Positions 1 to 9,002 of a stretch of 64,000 nucleotides of DNA are shown piece by piece. Within the stretch, counting starts at the first letter, position 1. The number at the start of each line of letters is the position of its first letter. The stretch comes from an uncultured Spirochaetaceae bacterium (GTDB taxonomy: Bacteria; Spirochaetota; Spirochaetia; Treponematales; Treponemataceae): contig CADCCO010000002.1 of the NCBI GenBank assembly GCA_902799965.1, forward strand, positions 1,285 to 65,284. Reading direction: 5' to 3'. Position numbers and translations under genes: made by a program. The notes beneath the pieces are model-generated. The model worked only from the letters and a program-made list of their open reading frames with translations. It did no database searches and had not been told where the DNA came from.

Positions 1-486
1 GCGCGGGCGGCCCCAGTCGTAAAGGCGGTAGGTTATGTCGCAGGATTGCTGGACTTCCATAAGGCGCAAGCCGCCGCCGATCGCGTGCACCGTTCCCGAC
101 GGAATGAAAACAAAGTCGCCGGCGCGAACCTCGACTTGGTTTAAAAGCGGATCAAGCGCGTTTTGTTCGATGGCCGCGGAGACTTGTTCCTGGCTGGGAT
201 TTCCGTTCAATCCATAAACAAGCTTGGCGCCGGGCTTTGACGCCAGGACGTACCAGCACTCGGTTTTGCCGACGTTGCCGGGACCTTCCAAAAGCGCGGC
301 GGTCTCGTCGTCCGGGTGGACCTGAACGCTCAAAGATTGGTCGGCCTGGATCACTTTTACCAAAAGGGGGTACGCGCCGCCGCAAAAATCGACGAACTCT
401 TTTTGCGGGCCGTTGGGATGCGTCGAGGCTATCCACAGCTCGTAGCCCCAAACCTTGTCCATTTTTATCGCGGAAAGCTTCAACAT
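1..486 (-). CDS. manA: Mannose-6-phosphate isomerase, class I (3' end runs off the window)
   Basis: Not in the ORF track. Manual translation from ATG at 486 (AGGAG RBS upstream) gives MLKLSAIKMDKVWGYELW...LSVQVHPDD...GKTECWY...GDFVFIPSGTVHAIG...EVQQSCDITYRLYDWGRPR, which are the PMI type I motifs. Confidence 0.9.
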   Translation of the reverse strand, partial: MLKLSAIKMDKVWGYELWIASTHPNGPQKEFVDFCGGAYPLLVKVIQADQSLSVQVHPDDETAALLEGPGNVGKTECWYVLASKPGAKLVYGLNGNPSQEQVSAAIEQNALDPLLNQVEVRAGDFVFIPSGTVHAIGGGLRLMEVQQSCDITYRLYDWGRPR

Positions 487-504
487 ATGAACTCCTACAA
501 AATA

Positions 505-638
505 AAGCGGCTCCCAGTCGCGTAGCGACTTGCGAAACCGCTAGCTAGCGTCGCTACTCACTTTTTGCGCTTGTAACTATTGCACTTCGCCGCTTGCGCG
601 GCGGCGCAAACAGAGAGTTTTCGCAAGCCGCCCCGCTT
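505..638. repeat. Intergenic imperfect palindrome (REP/MITE-like)
   Basis: Nested inverted repeats GCGACTTGCGAAAC (525-538)/GTTTTCGCAAGCCGC (617-631) and AAGCGG/CCGCTT, plus an internal hairpin AGTCGCGTAGCGACT. Confidence 0.55.
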
Positions 639-651
639 CTTCGCGCCGCCT

Positions 652-1464
652 TTATTTACAACAATTAATTATTGTCGCTAGCCCCAAAGCTTTTCGGGTT
701 ACGATGTCGCTGGCCGCGACCGGCAAGAGAGCCTCTTGCTTGGGCGTGTAAAGGCCGGTCTTCTTAAAGTTTTCCCAATATTCGTTAAAGCCTTCAAAGG
801 CCTTGGGCGTAAAGCCGAACAAGTTCATGCTGACCCACTCGTTACCCGTGAGCGGGATTGTCTTGTCGCCAAGGTCGCTGAAAATTTTTCCGCCTTCGCC
901 GTAGTAGATTTTTGTGTTCTCGACGATTCCGTCCAAAAGGCCGTTCTTTACCGTGCAAACGCCGCGCGAAACCGAGCCGCTTTTGCTCATCGTCTTTCCA
1001 AGAACATAGCCGACCATCGCGTGGTCAGTGGAATCGTTAGAAATGGAAGAAAGGTATTGCCCCAAAGTCTTAAAGGCTTCGCGGCCGTAGTAGTCGTCCG
1101 AGTTGATGACGGCGAATGGCTCGTGGATTTTTTCTTGCGCGCAAAGGACGGCGTGAACCGTTCCCCAAGGCTTTTGGCGCTCGCTGGTCTTTGCGATTTC
1201 GTCGGCGGTCAAGAGGGACTCGCGCGACTGGAAGACGTATTCCGCGTCAAAGTTGGCGGCGATTCTGTCGAACAAGCGGGAGCGGAAATCCGCCTCGATG
1301 TCCTTTCGTATGATAAAGACGACTTTTCCAAAGCCGCTCGCCTTCGCGTCGTAGTTGGCAAAGTCCAAAAGGCATTCGCCGTTCTTTCCGACGGCGTCAA
1401 TCTGCTTCACGCCGCCGTAACGGCTTCCCATTCCGGCCGCCAAAACTAAAAGTGTTGGTTTCAT
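652..1464 (-). pseudogene. Sugar-phosphate nucleotidyltransferase with an apparent 3' internal deletion and frameshift
   Basis: Real start MKPTLLVLAAGMGSRYGG at 1464 (the longer ORF-track start overlaps the tRNA). After ...ASDIV the family-typical C-terminus PEKLWG* appears out of frame at 678-698. Confidence 0.7.
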
Positions 1465-1524
1465 ATTCGCTCCTATCATTATTGTCAAAAAAAAAGCCGC
1501 TTCATATTTCAGAAGCGACTTGTA

Positions 1525-1606
1525 TGCGGAGAAGCCGACTTGAACGGCCACGGCTCTCACCACTAGCACCTCAAGCTAGCGCGTCTACCAATTCCGCCAT
1601 CCCCGC
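1525..1606 (-). tRNA. tRNA-Leu(GAG)
   Basis: Reverse complement GCGGGGATGGCGGAATTGGTAGACGCGCTAGCTTGAGGTGCTAG...GTTCAAGTCGGCTTCTCCGCA; anticodon GAG, long variable arm; TTGACA promoter upstream. Confidence 0.95.
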
Positions 1607-1670
1607 GTGTGCATTTTAATTTATAGAAAAATTAATTTTTTGTCAAGCCCCTAGCCGAAACTTGTCGCAT

Positions 1671-1745
1671 AATAGAAAAAAACTATAGCCACCTATAGAA
1701 ACATTGTAATTGAACAAACGCGCGATTTTTGCTAACATTCGGCCT
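1671..1745 (+). promoter_or_regulatory. metE promoter with a LysR (MetR/MtaR-like) box
   Basis: AATAGAAAAAAACTATA (1671-1687) resembles TATAG-N7-CTATA, with a second half-match at 1694. TTGAAC-17-TAACAT lies 7 nt before the ATG. Confidence 0.6.
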
Positions 1746-3989
1746 ATGAGCAACTATAAAACATTTGTAATCGGATTTCCTAGAATTGGTTCTAAGCGCG
1801 AATTGAAATTCGCCGAAGAAAAATATTTCGCCGAGCCTTCAAGCGCCGACGAGCTTAAAGAGATAGCCAAGACCTTGCGCGCCTACGGCTGGAAAAAGCA
1901 GCGCGACGCGGGAATCGACTTGATTCCGTCAAACGACTTTTCTTACTACGACAATATGCTTGACACAGCCGTAATGCTGGGCGCGGTGCCGGAGCGCTAC
2001 AAGGCGCTTGGCCTGAACGCGCTGGACACATACTTTGCGATGGCGCACGGCTACCAGGGAACCAAGGGCGACGTGAAGGCCCTTCCGATGAAAAAATGGT
2101 TCAACACAAACTACCATTATATCGTGCCGGAGTTGGACGGCGTTTCAAAAATCAAGCTTGACGCGGAAAAAATCTTGGACGAATTCGCCGAGGCCAAGAA
2201 CATCGGCGTTCAGACTGTTCCCGCCGTCATCGGCCCCTACACTTTCCTAAAGTTCGCCACTTACGCCGACGGAAAAAAGCGCGAGGACTACAAGGCCGCC
2301 GTCGCAGCCGCTTACAAGGACTTGCTGGCCCAAGTGAACGCGGCCGGAGCGGAATGGCTTTCAATCGCAGAGCCCGCGCTTGTGTTCGACACGGACGCGG
2401 ACAGCGTCAAATTCTTTGAGGGGCTTTACAAGGAAATCTTGGCCGGAAAAAAAGTCAAGGTCAACTTGCAGACATACTTTGGCGACATTCGCGACAGCTA
2501 CGACGCGGTGGCCGCCCTGCCCTTTGACGCGCTCGGCTTGGACTTTGTCGAAGGAAAGGAAACGCTCAACTTGGTCAAGAAGGGCTTCCCCAAGGACAAG
2601 ATTCTTTTTGCCGGCGTTGTAAAAGGAAAGAACATTTGGCGCAGCGAATTTTCAAAGGTCGAAGCCTTGCTCAAAGACATCGAAGGCGCCGTTGACAAGG
2701 AAAGAATTTACGCGGGAACTTCTTGTTCGCTCTTGCACGTTCCCTACACTACCGCAAACGAAGAAAAGCTTTCCGCCGACATACTAAAGCACTTTTCTTT
2801 TGCCGAGCAAAAGATTCGCGAAATCGCGGAAATCGCCGCCGGAGACAAGAACGACGAGCTTTTCAAGGAAGAGCGCGTAAAGGCCGACGACAAAGTCCAG
2901 GCCGCCGTCAAGGCGCTCAAGCCGGAAGACTTTGTCCGAAAGCCCGACTTTGCCGAGCGCGAAAAGGTTCAGCATGAAAAATTCAAGCTGCCCCTCTTCC
3001 CCACAACGACAATCGGAAGCTTCCCGCAGACAAAGGAAGTGCGAAAGAACCGCGCCGACTTTAAGAAGGGCGTTATTACAAAGGAACAGTACGTTCAGTT
3101 CAACAAGGACAAAATCACCGAATGGGTCAAGAAGCAGGAAGAAATCGGCCTAGACGTTTTGGTTCACGGCGAGTTCGAGCGCAACGACATGGTGGAATAC
3201 TTTGGCGAGCGCTTGGCGGGCTTCTTGTTCACGCAGAACGCCTGGGTCCAGTCTTACGGAAGCCGCTGCGTAAAGCCGCCGGTAATTTGGGGCGACGTCA
3301 GCCGCAAGGAAGCCATTACGGTTGAATGGTCAAAGTTCGCGCAGAGCCAGACAAAGAAGTGGATGAAGGGAATGTTGACTGGCCCCGTCACAATCTTGAA
3401 CTGGTCTTTCCCCCGCGAGGACATCCCAATCAAGGAACAGACAATCCAAATCGCGCTCGCCATCCGCGAGGAAGTTTTGGACTTGGAAAAGAACGGCATC
3501 AAAATCATTCAAATCGACGAAGCCGCGCTCCGCGAAAAGCTTCCGCTTAGAAAGAGCGACTGGCACAGCGAGTACTTGGATTGGGCGATTCCGGACTTCC
3601 GCTTGGTTCACTCAGGCGTTCAGGCCGACACGCAAATCCACACGCACATGTGCTACTCGGAATTCAACGACATCATCAAGGACATCGACGACATGGACGC
3701 CGACGTAATCACCTTTGAAGCCAGCCGCGCCGACCTTAAGATTTTGGACGCGCTCAAGGCCGCCAACTTCCGCACCGAAGTAGGCCCCGGCGTTTACGAC
3801 ATCCACTCGGCGCGCGTTCCCAGCAAGGAAGAGATTGTCGCCGCGCTTGAAAAGATGCTCGCGAAAGTTCCCAAGGAAAAGCTTTGGGTCAACCCTGACT
3901 GCGGCCTCAAGACCCGCGGCGAAGCGGAAACGATACCCAGCTTGAAGAATTTGGTTGAAGCCGCGAAAGAGTTGCGCGCCAAGAACTAA
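1746..3989 (+). CDS. metE: Cobalamin-independent methionine synthase
   Basis: GFPRIG, KWFNTNYHY, PTTTIGSFPQT, HGEFERNDMV, HTHMCYS, WVNPDCGLKTR. Confidence 0.97.
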   Translation: MSNYKTFVIGFPRIGSKRELKFAEEKYFAEPSSADELKEIAKTLRAYGWKKQRDAGIDLIPSNDFSYYDNMLDTAVMLGAVPERYKALGLNALDTYFAMAHGYQGTKGDVKALPMKKWFNTNYHYIVPELDGVSKIKLDAEKILDEFAEAKNIGVQTVPAVIGPYTFLKFATYADGKKREDYKAAVAAAYKDLLAQVNAAGAEWLSIAEPALVFDTDADSVKFFEGLYKEILAGKKVKVNLQTYFGDIRDSYDAVAALPFDALGLDFVEGKETLNLVKKGFPKDKILFAGVVKGKNIWRSEFSKVEALLKDIEGAVDKERIYAGTSCSLLHVPYTTANEEKLSADILKHFSFAEQKIREIAEIAAGDKNDELFKEERVKADDKVQAAVKALKPEDFVRKPDFAEREKVQHEKFKLPLFPTTTIGSFPQTKEVRKNRADFKKGVITKEQYVQFNKDKITEWVKKQEEIGLDVLVHGEFERNDMVEYFGERLAGFLFTQNAWVQSYGSRCVKPPVIWGDVSRKEAITVEWSKFAQSQTKKWMKGMLTGPVTILNWSFPREDIPIKEQTIQIALAIREEVLDLEKNGIKIIQIDEAALREKLPLRKSDWHSEYLDWAIPDFRLVHSGVQADTQIHTHMCYSEFNDIIKDIDDMDADVITFEASRADLKILDALKAANFRTEVGPGVYDIHSARVPSKEEIVAALEKMLAKVPKEKLWVNPDCGLKTRGEAETIPSLKNLVEAAKELRAKN

Positions 3990-4004
3990 GATTGGTCTCT
4001 GACT

Positions 4005-4038
4005 AAAAAGCCGCTCGCTAACGCGAGCGGCTTTTTTT
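4005..4038. terminator. Bidirectional intrinsic terminator
   Basis: AAAAAGCCGCTCGC-TAAC-GCGAGCGGCTTTTTTT between convergent metE and kdgK. Confidence 0.85.
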
Positions 4039-4057
4039 GTCTTACATAAATTCTTGG

Positions 4058-5116
4058 CTAGCGGAGAATGCGGCCGCTGGAGTTGCCGGCGGCTAGGCGG
4101 TCGACTTCGGCGGCGGAAAAGCGGCTAAAGTCGCCTTCAATCGTCTGCTGCATGGCGCCGGCGGCGGCGGCAAAGTCGACGGTCTTTTGGCCGCCCAGCT
4201 TGCTGAGAAAGCCGTAAATTATTCCGGCGGCAAAAGCGTCGCCGCCGCCCACCCGGTCAACGACGGGAAGCTCGTATTTTTTGGACGCGAACATTTTGGG
4301 CGTGGCCGCCTTTTTGGCTTGCGACAGATTCTCGCCGCGCTCAAAGTAAAGGCCCGACCAGCCGTTCGCGCTTGCCGAATACGACTCGCGCTGGCTTATG
4401 GCGACGGCCTTAAAGTCAAAGCGCTCGAACAGCGCGGCGGCGACGTCCTGGTAGCCCCTTGCGTCCAGCTTTCCTTCGTTAATGTTTGAGCGCGCGGCCT
4501 TGATTCCAAAAACGCTTTCCGCGTCCTCTTCGTTCAAAATGCAAACGTCAACATATTTGCAAAGTTCCGTCATCGTTTTTTTGGCCTGGCCCATTGTCCA
4601 CAATTTCTTTCGGTAGTTCAAGTCGCAGGAAACCAGAACGCCCGACGCGCGCGCGGCCTTTGCCGCTGCAAGGCAAAGGGCGGCCGCCCCCTTGGAAAGC
4701 GCGGGCGTAATTCCCGTAAAGTGAAAGGCTGCCGCTCCCTTAAAGATTTTTTTCCAGTCAAAGTCGCCGGCCGCCGCTTCGGCAATCGAAGAATTCTTTC
4801 TGTCATAAACGCAAAGGCTAGGACGCGGCCCCGCGCCCTTTTCCATATAGTAAACGCCAAGCCGCTCGCCGCCTTGCGCGCAGGCTTCAACGTCAACGCC
4901 GAATTTTTTCAGCTCGCAAAGCGCCGCCTGCCCGATAGGGTTTTGGGGAACTTTTGTGACAAAGGCCGCGTCCATTCCAAAGTTGGCCAAAGACACGGCG
5001 ACGTTCGCCTCCGCCCCGCCAAAGGAAGCCTCAAAAAGCGGCTTCTGCAAAAGCCGCGTTCCGTCCTGCGGAGAAAGCCGCAGCATTATTTCGCCAAAAG
5101 TCACAACACGTTTCAT
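4058..5116 (-). CDS. kdgK: PfkB-family sugar kinase (2-keto-3-deoxygluconate kinase-like)
   Basis: VTFGEIMLRLSP, GGAEANVA, DLNYRKKLW, VDRVGGGDAFAAG. Confidence 0.85.
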   Translation of the reverse strand: MKRVVTFGEIMLRLSPQDGTRLLQKPLFEASFGGAEANVAVSLANFGMDAAFVTKVPQNPIGQAALCELKKFGVDVEACAQGGERLGVYYMEKGAGPRPSLCVYDRKNSSIAEAAAGDFDWKKIFKGAAAFHFTGITPALSKGAAALCLAAAKAARASGVLVSCDLNYRKKLWTMGQAKKTMTELCKYVDVCILNEEDAESVFGIKAARSNINEGKLDARGYQDVAAALFERFDFKAVAISQRESYSASANGWSGLYFERGENLSQAKKAATPKMFASKKYELPVVDRVGGGDAFAAGIIYGFLSKLGGQKTVDFAAAAGAMQQTIEGDFSRFSAAEVDRLAAGNSSGRILR

Positions 5117-5224
5117 ACCCCAATTGTAATGCAAAAGCGCGAGCGGTTCAAGGCTGGCAAGCGGTTCAAGCCTTGAAAAAAACGAAAAATTACTATAAAA
5201 TATTCTGCAAAATTTGGAGTTCCA

Positions 5225-7969
5225 ATGGCAGCCTTTTTATACACCTTAATAATCTACCCCTTGTATCTTTTGATAGAAGTCATTTACAAAGTCTTTTTGA
5301 AATTCACCGACAGCCAAGGGCTTGCAGTCGTTGGCGTAAGCGTCGGAATAACCCTTTTTTGTCTGCCCCTTTACGCGGTCGCCGAACGCTGGCAGCAAGT
5401 GGAGCGCGACGTTCAAAAGAAAATGAAAGGCGGCCTTGAGCGCATAAAAAAAGCATTTTCGGGCGACGAACGCTATATGATGACCCAAACTTTTTACAAG
5501 CAGCATCACTACAGCCCGATTATGGCCTTGCGCTCGTCGTTCGGCCTTTTGATACAGATTCCCTTTTTTATGGCGGCCTACCAGTTCCTTTCGCAGCTTG
5601 AGGCGCTTAAGGGCGTTCCGTTCTTGTTCATAAGCAATATGGGCGTTCCCGACGAGACTTTTCACATCGGAAATTTTCCGGTGAACGTTCTTCCAATCGC
5701 GATGACGCTTATAAACATGGTCGCCGGCGCGATCTACACAAAAGGCCTTGCCGCCAGGGAAAAAATTCAGGTTCACGGAATGGCGGTAATCTTCCTTGCC
5801 ATTTTGTACAACTCGCCGTCGGGCTTGGTTTTGTACTGGACGATGAACAACGTCTTTAGCCTTGTGAAGAACGTATTCTACAAGCTGAAGAATCCTTTAA
5901 AGGCCTTTTGGATTTGCTCTTGCGCCGCCTGCTTTTTGGCCGCCGCGCTTGTCATTTTGTTCACGACGACAAAGAGCGCCTACAAGCTTTTGTTCGCCTT
6001 CGCCGCGCTCTTGGTCTTTGCCGCGCCGCTCATTGCAAGGGCGGCCAAAAGGCTTTTGGACACGCTGCTTTCGCCTTTGGTCGAGCGAAAGGCGGCGCGA
6101 CATTCGCTTTTCTTTTTGTCCGCGCTCTTTTTGGCGCTCTTGGCCGGCCTTTTGATTCCAACGTCGCTGATTTCTTCTTCCGCGGCGGAATTCACAAACC
6201 TTGGAGGCCACGAAAGCCCCTTCTATTACATCGCCAACACCGCGCTGCAAGCGGCGGCGATATTCTTGTTTTGGTTTCCGGCCGTCTACCTTTTGTTTTC
6301 AAAAAGAATACAGGCGCTGATGGCGGCGGGAACGGCGCTTTTGGCGCTGGCCGCCCTCTTGAACGCCTACCCCTTTATGCTTAGCTACGGAGACATTTCG
6401 CCGTCGCTGGTCTTTTTGAACGCCACGGAATTTAAGTCGATTTCCGCGATTTCGTTCCTGAACTTGGCGGCGATCGCGGCGGCGGCGGCGCTGGCCTTGC
6501 TTTCGTTCAAAGTAAAAAAAGGCGGCGCGCTCGCGGCCATTATGGCGCTCTTGTGTTTTTCGTCGGCCGCTCTAAGCGCTATGAACGCCGCGGCGATACA
6601 AAAGAATTCCAGCGAAGCCCTGGCCTCCGCCAAAAAGCAAAGAGGCTCGGCGAACCTTGAGCCGATATTCCGCCTTTCAAAAAGCGCGCCCAACGTGATT
6701 CTTATGATGCTGGACAGGGCGGAAAGCCAGTTCATAAAGCCGATTCTTGCGGAAGATCCCGCGCTAAAGGAAAAATTTTCGGGCTTTGTCTTTTACGACA
6801 ACGTTATTTCGTTCAACGGCCACACGCTCTTTGGAGCGCCGCCGCTCTTTGGCGGCTACGAATACAGTCCGCTTGAAATGCAAAAGCGCAAGAACGAAAC
6901 GCGCGTTCAAAAGATAAACGAGTCGCAGCTTGTCCTTCCAAGAATTTTCAACGAAACGATGGGCTGGACGGCCAGCGTATGCGACCCGGTTTGGATAAAT
7001 TCGAGCAACTACTGCGACCTTTCTTTTTTGGAAGGCTACGACATAAGCGGCCATCAAACAATCGGCACTTACAGCCAGCGCTGGCACAAGGCCAACCCGC
7101 AAAGCGCGGGGCTTGACTCGACCGAAGAAATACTAAAGCGAAACCTTTTGTTTTTCAGCGTTTTCCGCTCGTCGCCGATTTGCCTTAGGGAAGCGATTTA
7201 CACGAACGGAAGCTATTTTAGCGCCAAGGAAAATTTGAAGAACACAAAGACAATCATCGACAACTATTCGGTATTGGACTTTTTGCCGGAACTTACCGAA
7301 ATTTCCGGCGAAGAGCGCGGCTCTTACATAAGCGTCATAAACGAGCTTCCGCACGAAAATTTCTACTTTGAGGCGCCAGAGTACGTTCCCGTAGAAAGCC
7401 CAAACAACTTGGGCTCTTCCGAATTCTACTTGGATCCCGCCTACCACACGCAGATGGCCGCGCTCAAGCGCGTTTCGGAATGGCTTGACTATCTAAAGGC
7501 GCAAGGCGTTTACGACAACACAAGAATCGTGATTGCGTCCGACCACGGCGCCTACCCGCTGGAAGAAGGCATTGAAGCCGACTTGGAATTGGACAAGCGC
7601 GTCGCCTCCACCGCCTACTGGGGCCGCGGCCACTACCACCCCCTGCTTTTGTTCAAGGACTTTGGCGCGGCCGGGCCTGTCGCCGAAAATTTGGACTTTA
7701 TGACCAACGCGGACGCGCCTTCGCTTTTGCTGGGCGGCTTGGTTCAAAATCCGGTCAATCCATTCACCAAAAAAGAAATTCCGCTTGACACAAGGCCGCT
7801 AAAAAAAGACGGCGTTGTCATAACGACGAGCGACAAGCACCAGCCGCCCTACCACAAGAACGCGTATGTCTTTGACATAAAGGACAGCGAATGGTGGCTG
7901 GTGAAGGACGACGTTTTCAAGGCTTCGTCTTGGACGCAAATTGAACCGCCCGCCGAAGCCAAGCGGTAA
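5225..7969 (+). CDS. YidC/Oxa1-family domain fused to a multi-TM region and an alkaline-phosphatase/sulfatase-superfamily (LtaS-like) domain
   Basis: N-terminal LLIQIPFF and PSGLVLYWTMNN (YidC). C-terminal NVILMMLDRA, NGHTL, ELPHENF, RIVIASDHG, HYHPLLLFK. Confidence 0.75.
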   Translation: MAAFLYTLIIYPLYLLIEVIYKVFLKFTDSQGLAVVGVSVGITLFCLPLYAVAERWQQVERDVQKKMKGGLERIKKAFSGDERYMMTQTFYKQHHYSPIMALRSSFGLLIQIPFFMAAYQFLSQLEALKGVPFLFISNMGVPDETFHIGNFPVNVLPIAMTLINMVAGAIYTKGLAAREKIQVHGMAVIFLAILYNSPSGLVLYWTMNNVFSLVKNVFYKLKNPLKAFWICSCAACFLAAALVILFTTTKSAYKLLFAFAALLVFAAPLIARAAKRLLDTLLSPLVERKAARHSLFFLSALFLALLAGLLIPTSLISSSAAEFTNLGGHESPFYYIANTALQAAAIFLFWFPAVYLLFSKRIQALMAAGTALLALAALLNAYPFMLSYGDISPSLVFLNATEFKSISAISFLNLAAIAAAAALALLSFKVKKGGALAAIMALLCFSSAALSAMNAAAIQKNSSEALASAKKQRGSANLEPIFRLSKSAPNVILMMLDRAESQFIKPILAEDPALKEKFSGFVFYDNVISFNGHTLFGAPPLFGGYEYSPLEMQKRKNETRVQKINESQLVLPRIFNETMGWTASVCDPVWINSSNYCDLSFLEGYDISGHQTIGTYSQRWHKANPQSAGLDSTEEILKRNLLFFSVFRSSPICLREAIYTNGSYFSAKENLKNTKTIIDNYSVLDFLPELTEISGEERGSYISVINELPHENFYFEAPEYVPVESPNNLGSSEFYLDPAYHTQMAALKRVSEWLDYLKAQGVYDNTRIVIASDHGAYPLEEGIEADLELDKRVASTAYWGRGHYHPLLLFKDFGAAGPVAENLDFMTNADAPSLLLGGLVQNPVNPFTKKEIPLDTRPLKKDGVVITTSDKHQPPYHKNAYVFDIKDSEWWLVKDDVFKASSWTQIEPPAEAKR

Positions 7970-7991
7970 AGCAAGAGCCAAGCGGTAAAGA

Positions 7992-8783
7992 CTACAAGAA
8001 CTTTAGGACGCGGCGCAAAATTTTTTTGACCTTGCGCAAAAATAGCAAAAGGCCGCGCTTCTTTTTTAGGCAGTAAAGCATGTCCTCTTGCACGCGCTTG
8101 GGATAATACTTGTCAATCAGGGCGGCGTATTCCTTGTCGTGGCCGCCGCTGGAGCTGGACAGGCCGGCTTCGGCCTCGTAAACGCTCAGCGCAAAGGGCA
8201 AATGGCGCGCGCTCGCGTTTTGAAGCAGCAAAACTTTCATAAAGAAATCCGAGTCGCTCACGATTCTATATTCGGTCGAGTATAGGTTCTTCTTTTGAAG
8301 GCTTGTCTTGATGAACGTCGTCTGGTGGCAAAAGCCGCGCAAAAAGAAAAACCAGCCGGTGATTTTGTTCGGATAGCGGATAAGGCGGCGGCGGCCCTTC
8401 ATGGCAAAATACGCGTCGCAGTAAACTATGTCTTCTGTAAAGCCAAAAGCCGCCGCGCGCTCCAAGCTTTTGGGGCTTGCCAAATAATCGCCGGAATTCA
8501 GCATAAGGCAATACTGGCCCTTGGCAAGCTCCACGCCCTTGTTCATCGCCTGGTAAATTCCGCCGTCTTTTTCGGAACGGCAGTAAGGCACGCGCGCGGC
8601 GTAGTCTTTGTCTTTCATTGCCTCTTCGATTACGGCGACGCTTCCGTCGGTGGAGCCGCCGTCAACGATGATGTGCTCGTAGTCCAAAAAAGTTTGCGCG
8701 GCCACGCTTTCGATGGTCTTTTTAAGGCCGTCCTTGTTGTTGTAATTTATGGTTATTATTGAAAAAAACGGTGTCGAACTCAT
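7992..8783 (-). CDS. Glycosyltransferase family 2 (WcaE/WfgS-like)
   Basis: FSIITINYN, IVDGGSTDGS, DGGIYQAMNKG, LNSGD, CHQ. Confidence 0.9.
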   Translation of the reverse strand: MSSTPFFSIITINYNNKDGLKKTIESVAAQTFLDYEHIIVDGGSTDGSVAVIEEAMKDKDYAARVPYCRSEKDGGIYQAMNKGVELAKGQYCLMLNSGDYLASPKSLERAAAFGFTEDIVYCDAYFAMKGRRRLIRYPNKITGWFFFLRGFCHQTTFIKTSLQKKNLYSTEYRIVSDSDFFMKVLLLQNASARHLPFALSVYEAEAGLSSSSGGHDKEYAALIDKYYPKRVQEDMLYCLKKKRGLLLFLRKVKKILRRVLKFL

Positions 8784-8823
8784 GCCCAACATTCTAGCGC
8801 GCTTCGCCCGCTTTTTCTAGCGC

Positions 8824-9001
8824 GCCGTCCCGGCATTCCGCACTCATAGAAAAAACAAAAAAACGCTCTCGCGGAAATTCAAACGGCTGCGAACGATGAA
8901 CTTTTAGGGCAAAGAGATTAGCAAAACGTTCATAAGTTCGCACCGTTCGTCTTTCCGCTACGCGTTTTTTTAATCGTTTGTAATGCGGAATGCCGGGCGG
9001 C
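8824..9001. repeat. About 180-bp rod-like imperfect palindrome (element A)
   Basis: Perfect 14-bp IR CCCGGCATTCCGCA/TGCGGAATGCCGGG plus nested arms AAAAAACGC/GCGTTTTTT, GCGGAAA/TTTCCGC, AACGG-TGCGAAC/GTTCGCACCGTT and ATGAAC/GTTCAT. Confidence 0.75.
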
Positions 9002-9002
9002 T

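Noticed and set aside
1465-1569. N-terminal extension of the 652..1569 ORF
   Set aside because: It overlaps the tRNA-Leu and its terminator; the RBS and motif start support ATG at 1464.
1607-1745. SAM, cobalamin or T-box riboswitch for metE
   Set aside because: No consensus motifs, and the predicted promoter leaves no leader.
7957-7990. Short direct repeat AGCCAAGCGGTAAAG at the end of the YidC fusion (and AGCGGTTCAAG twice at 5142-5170)
   Set aside because: Local micro-duplications. The two ends do not match each other, so they are not a target-site duplication around the gene.
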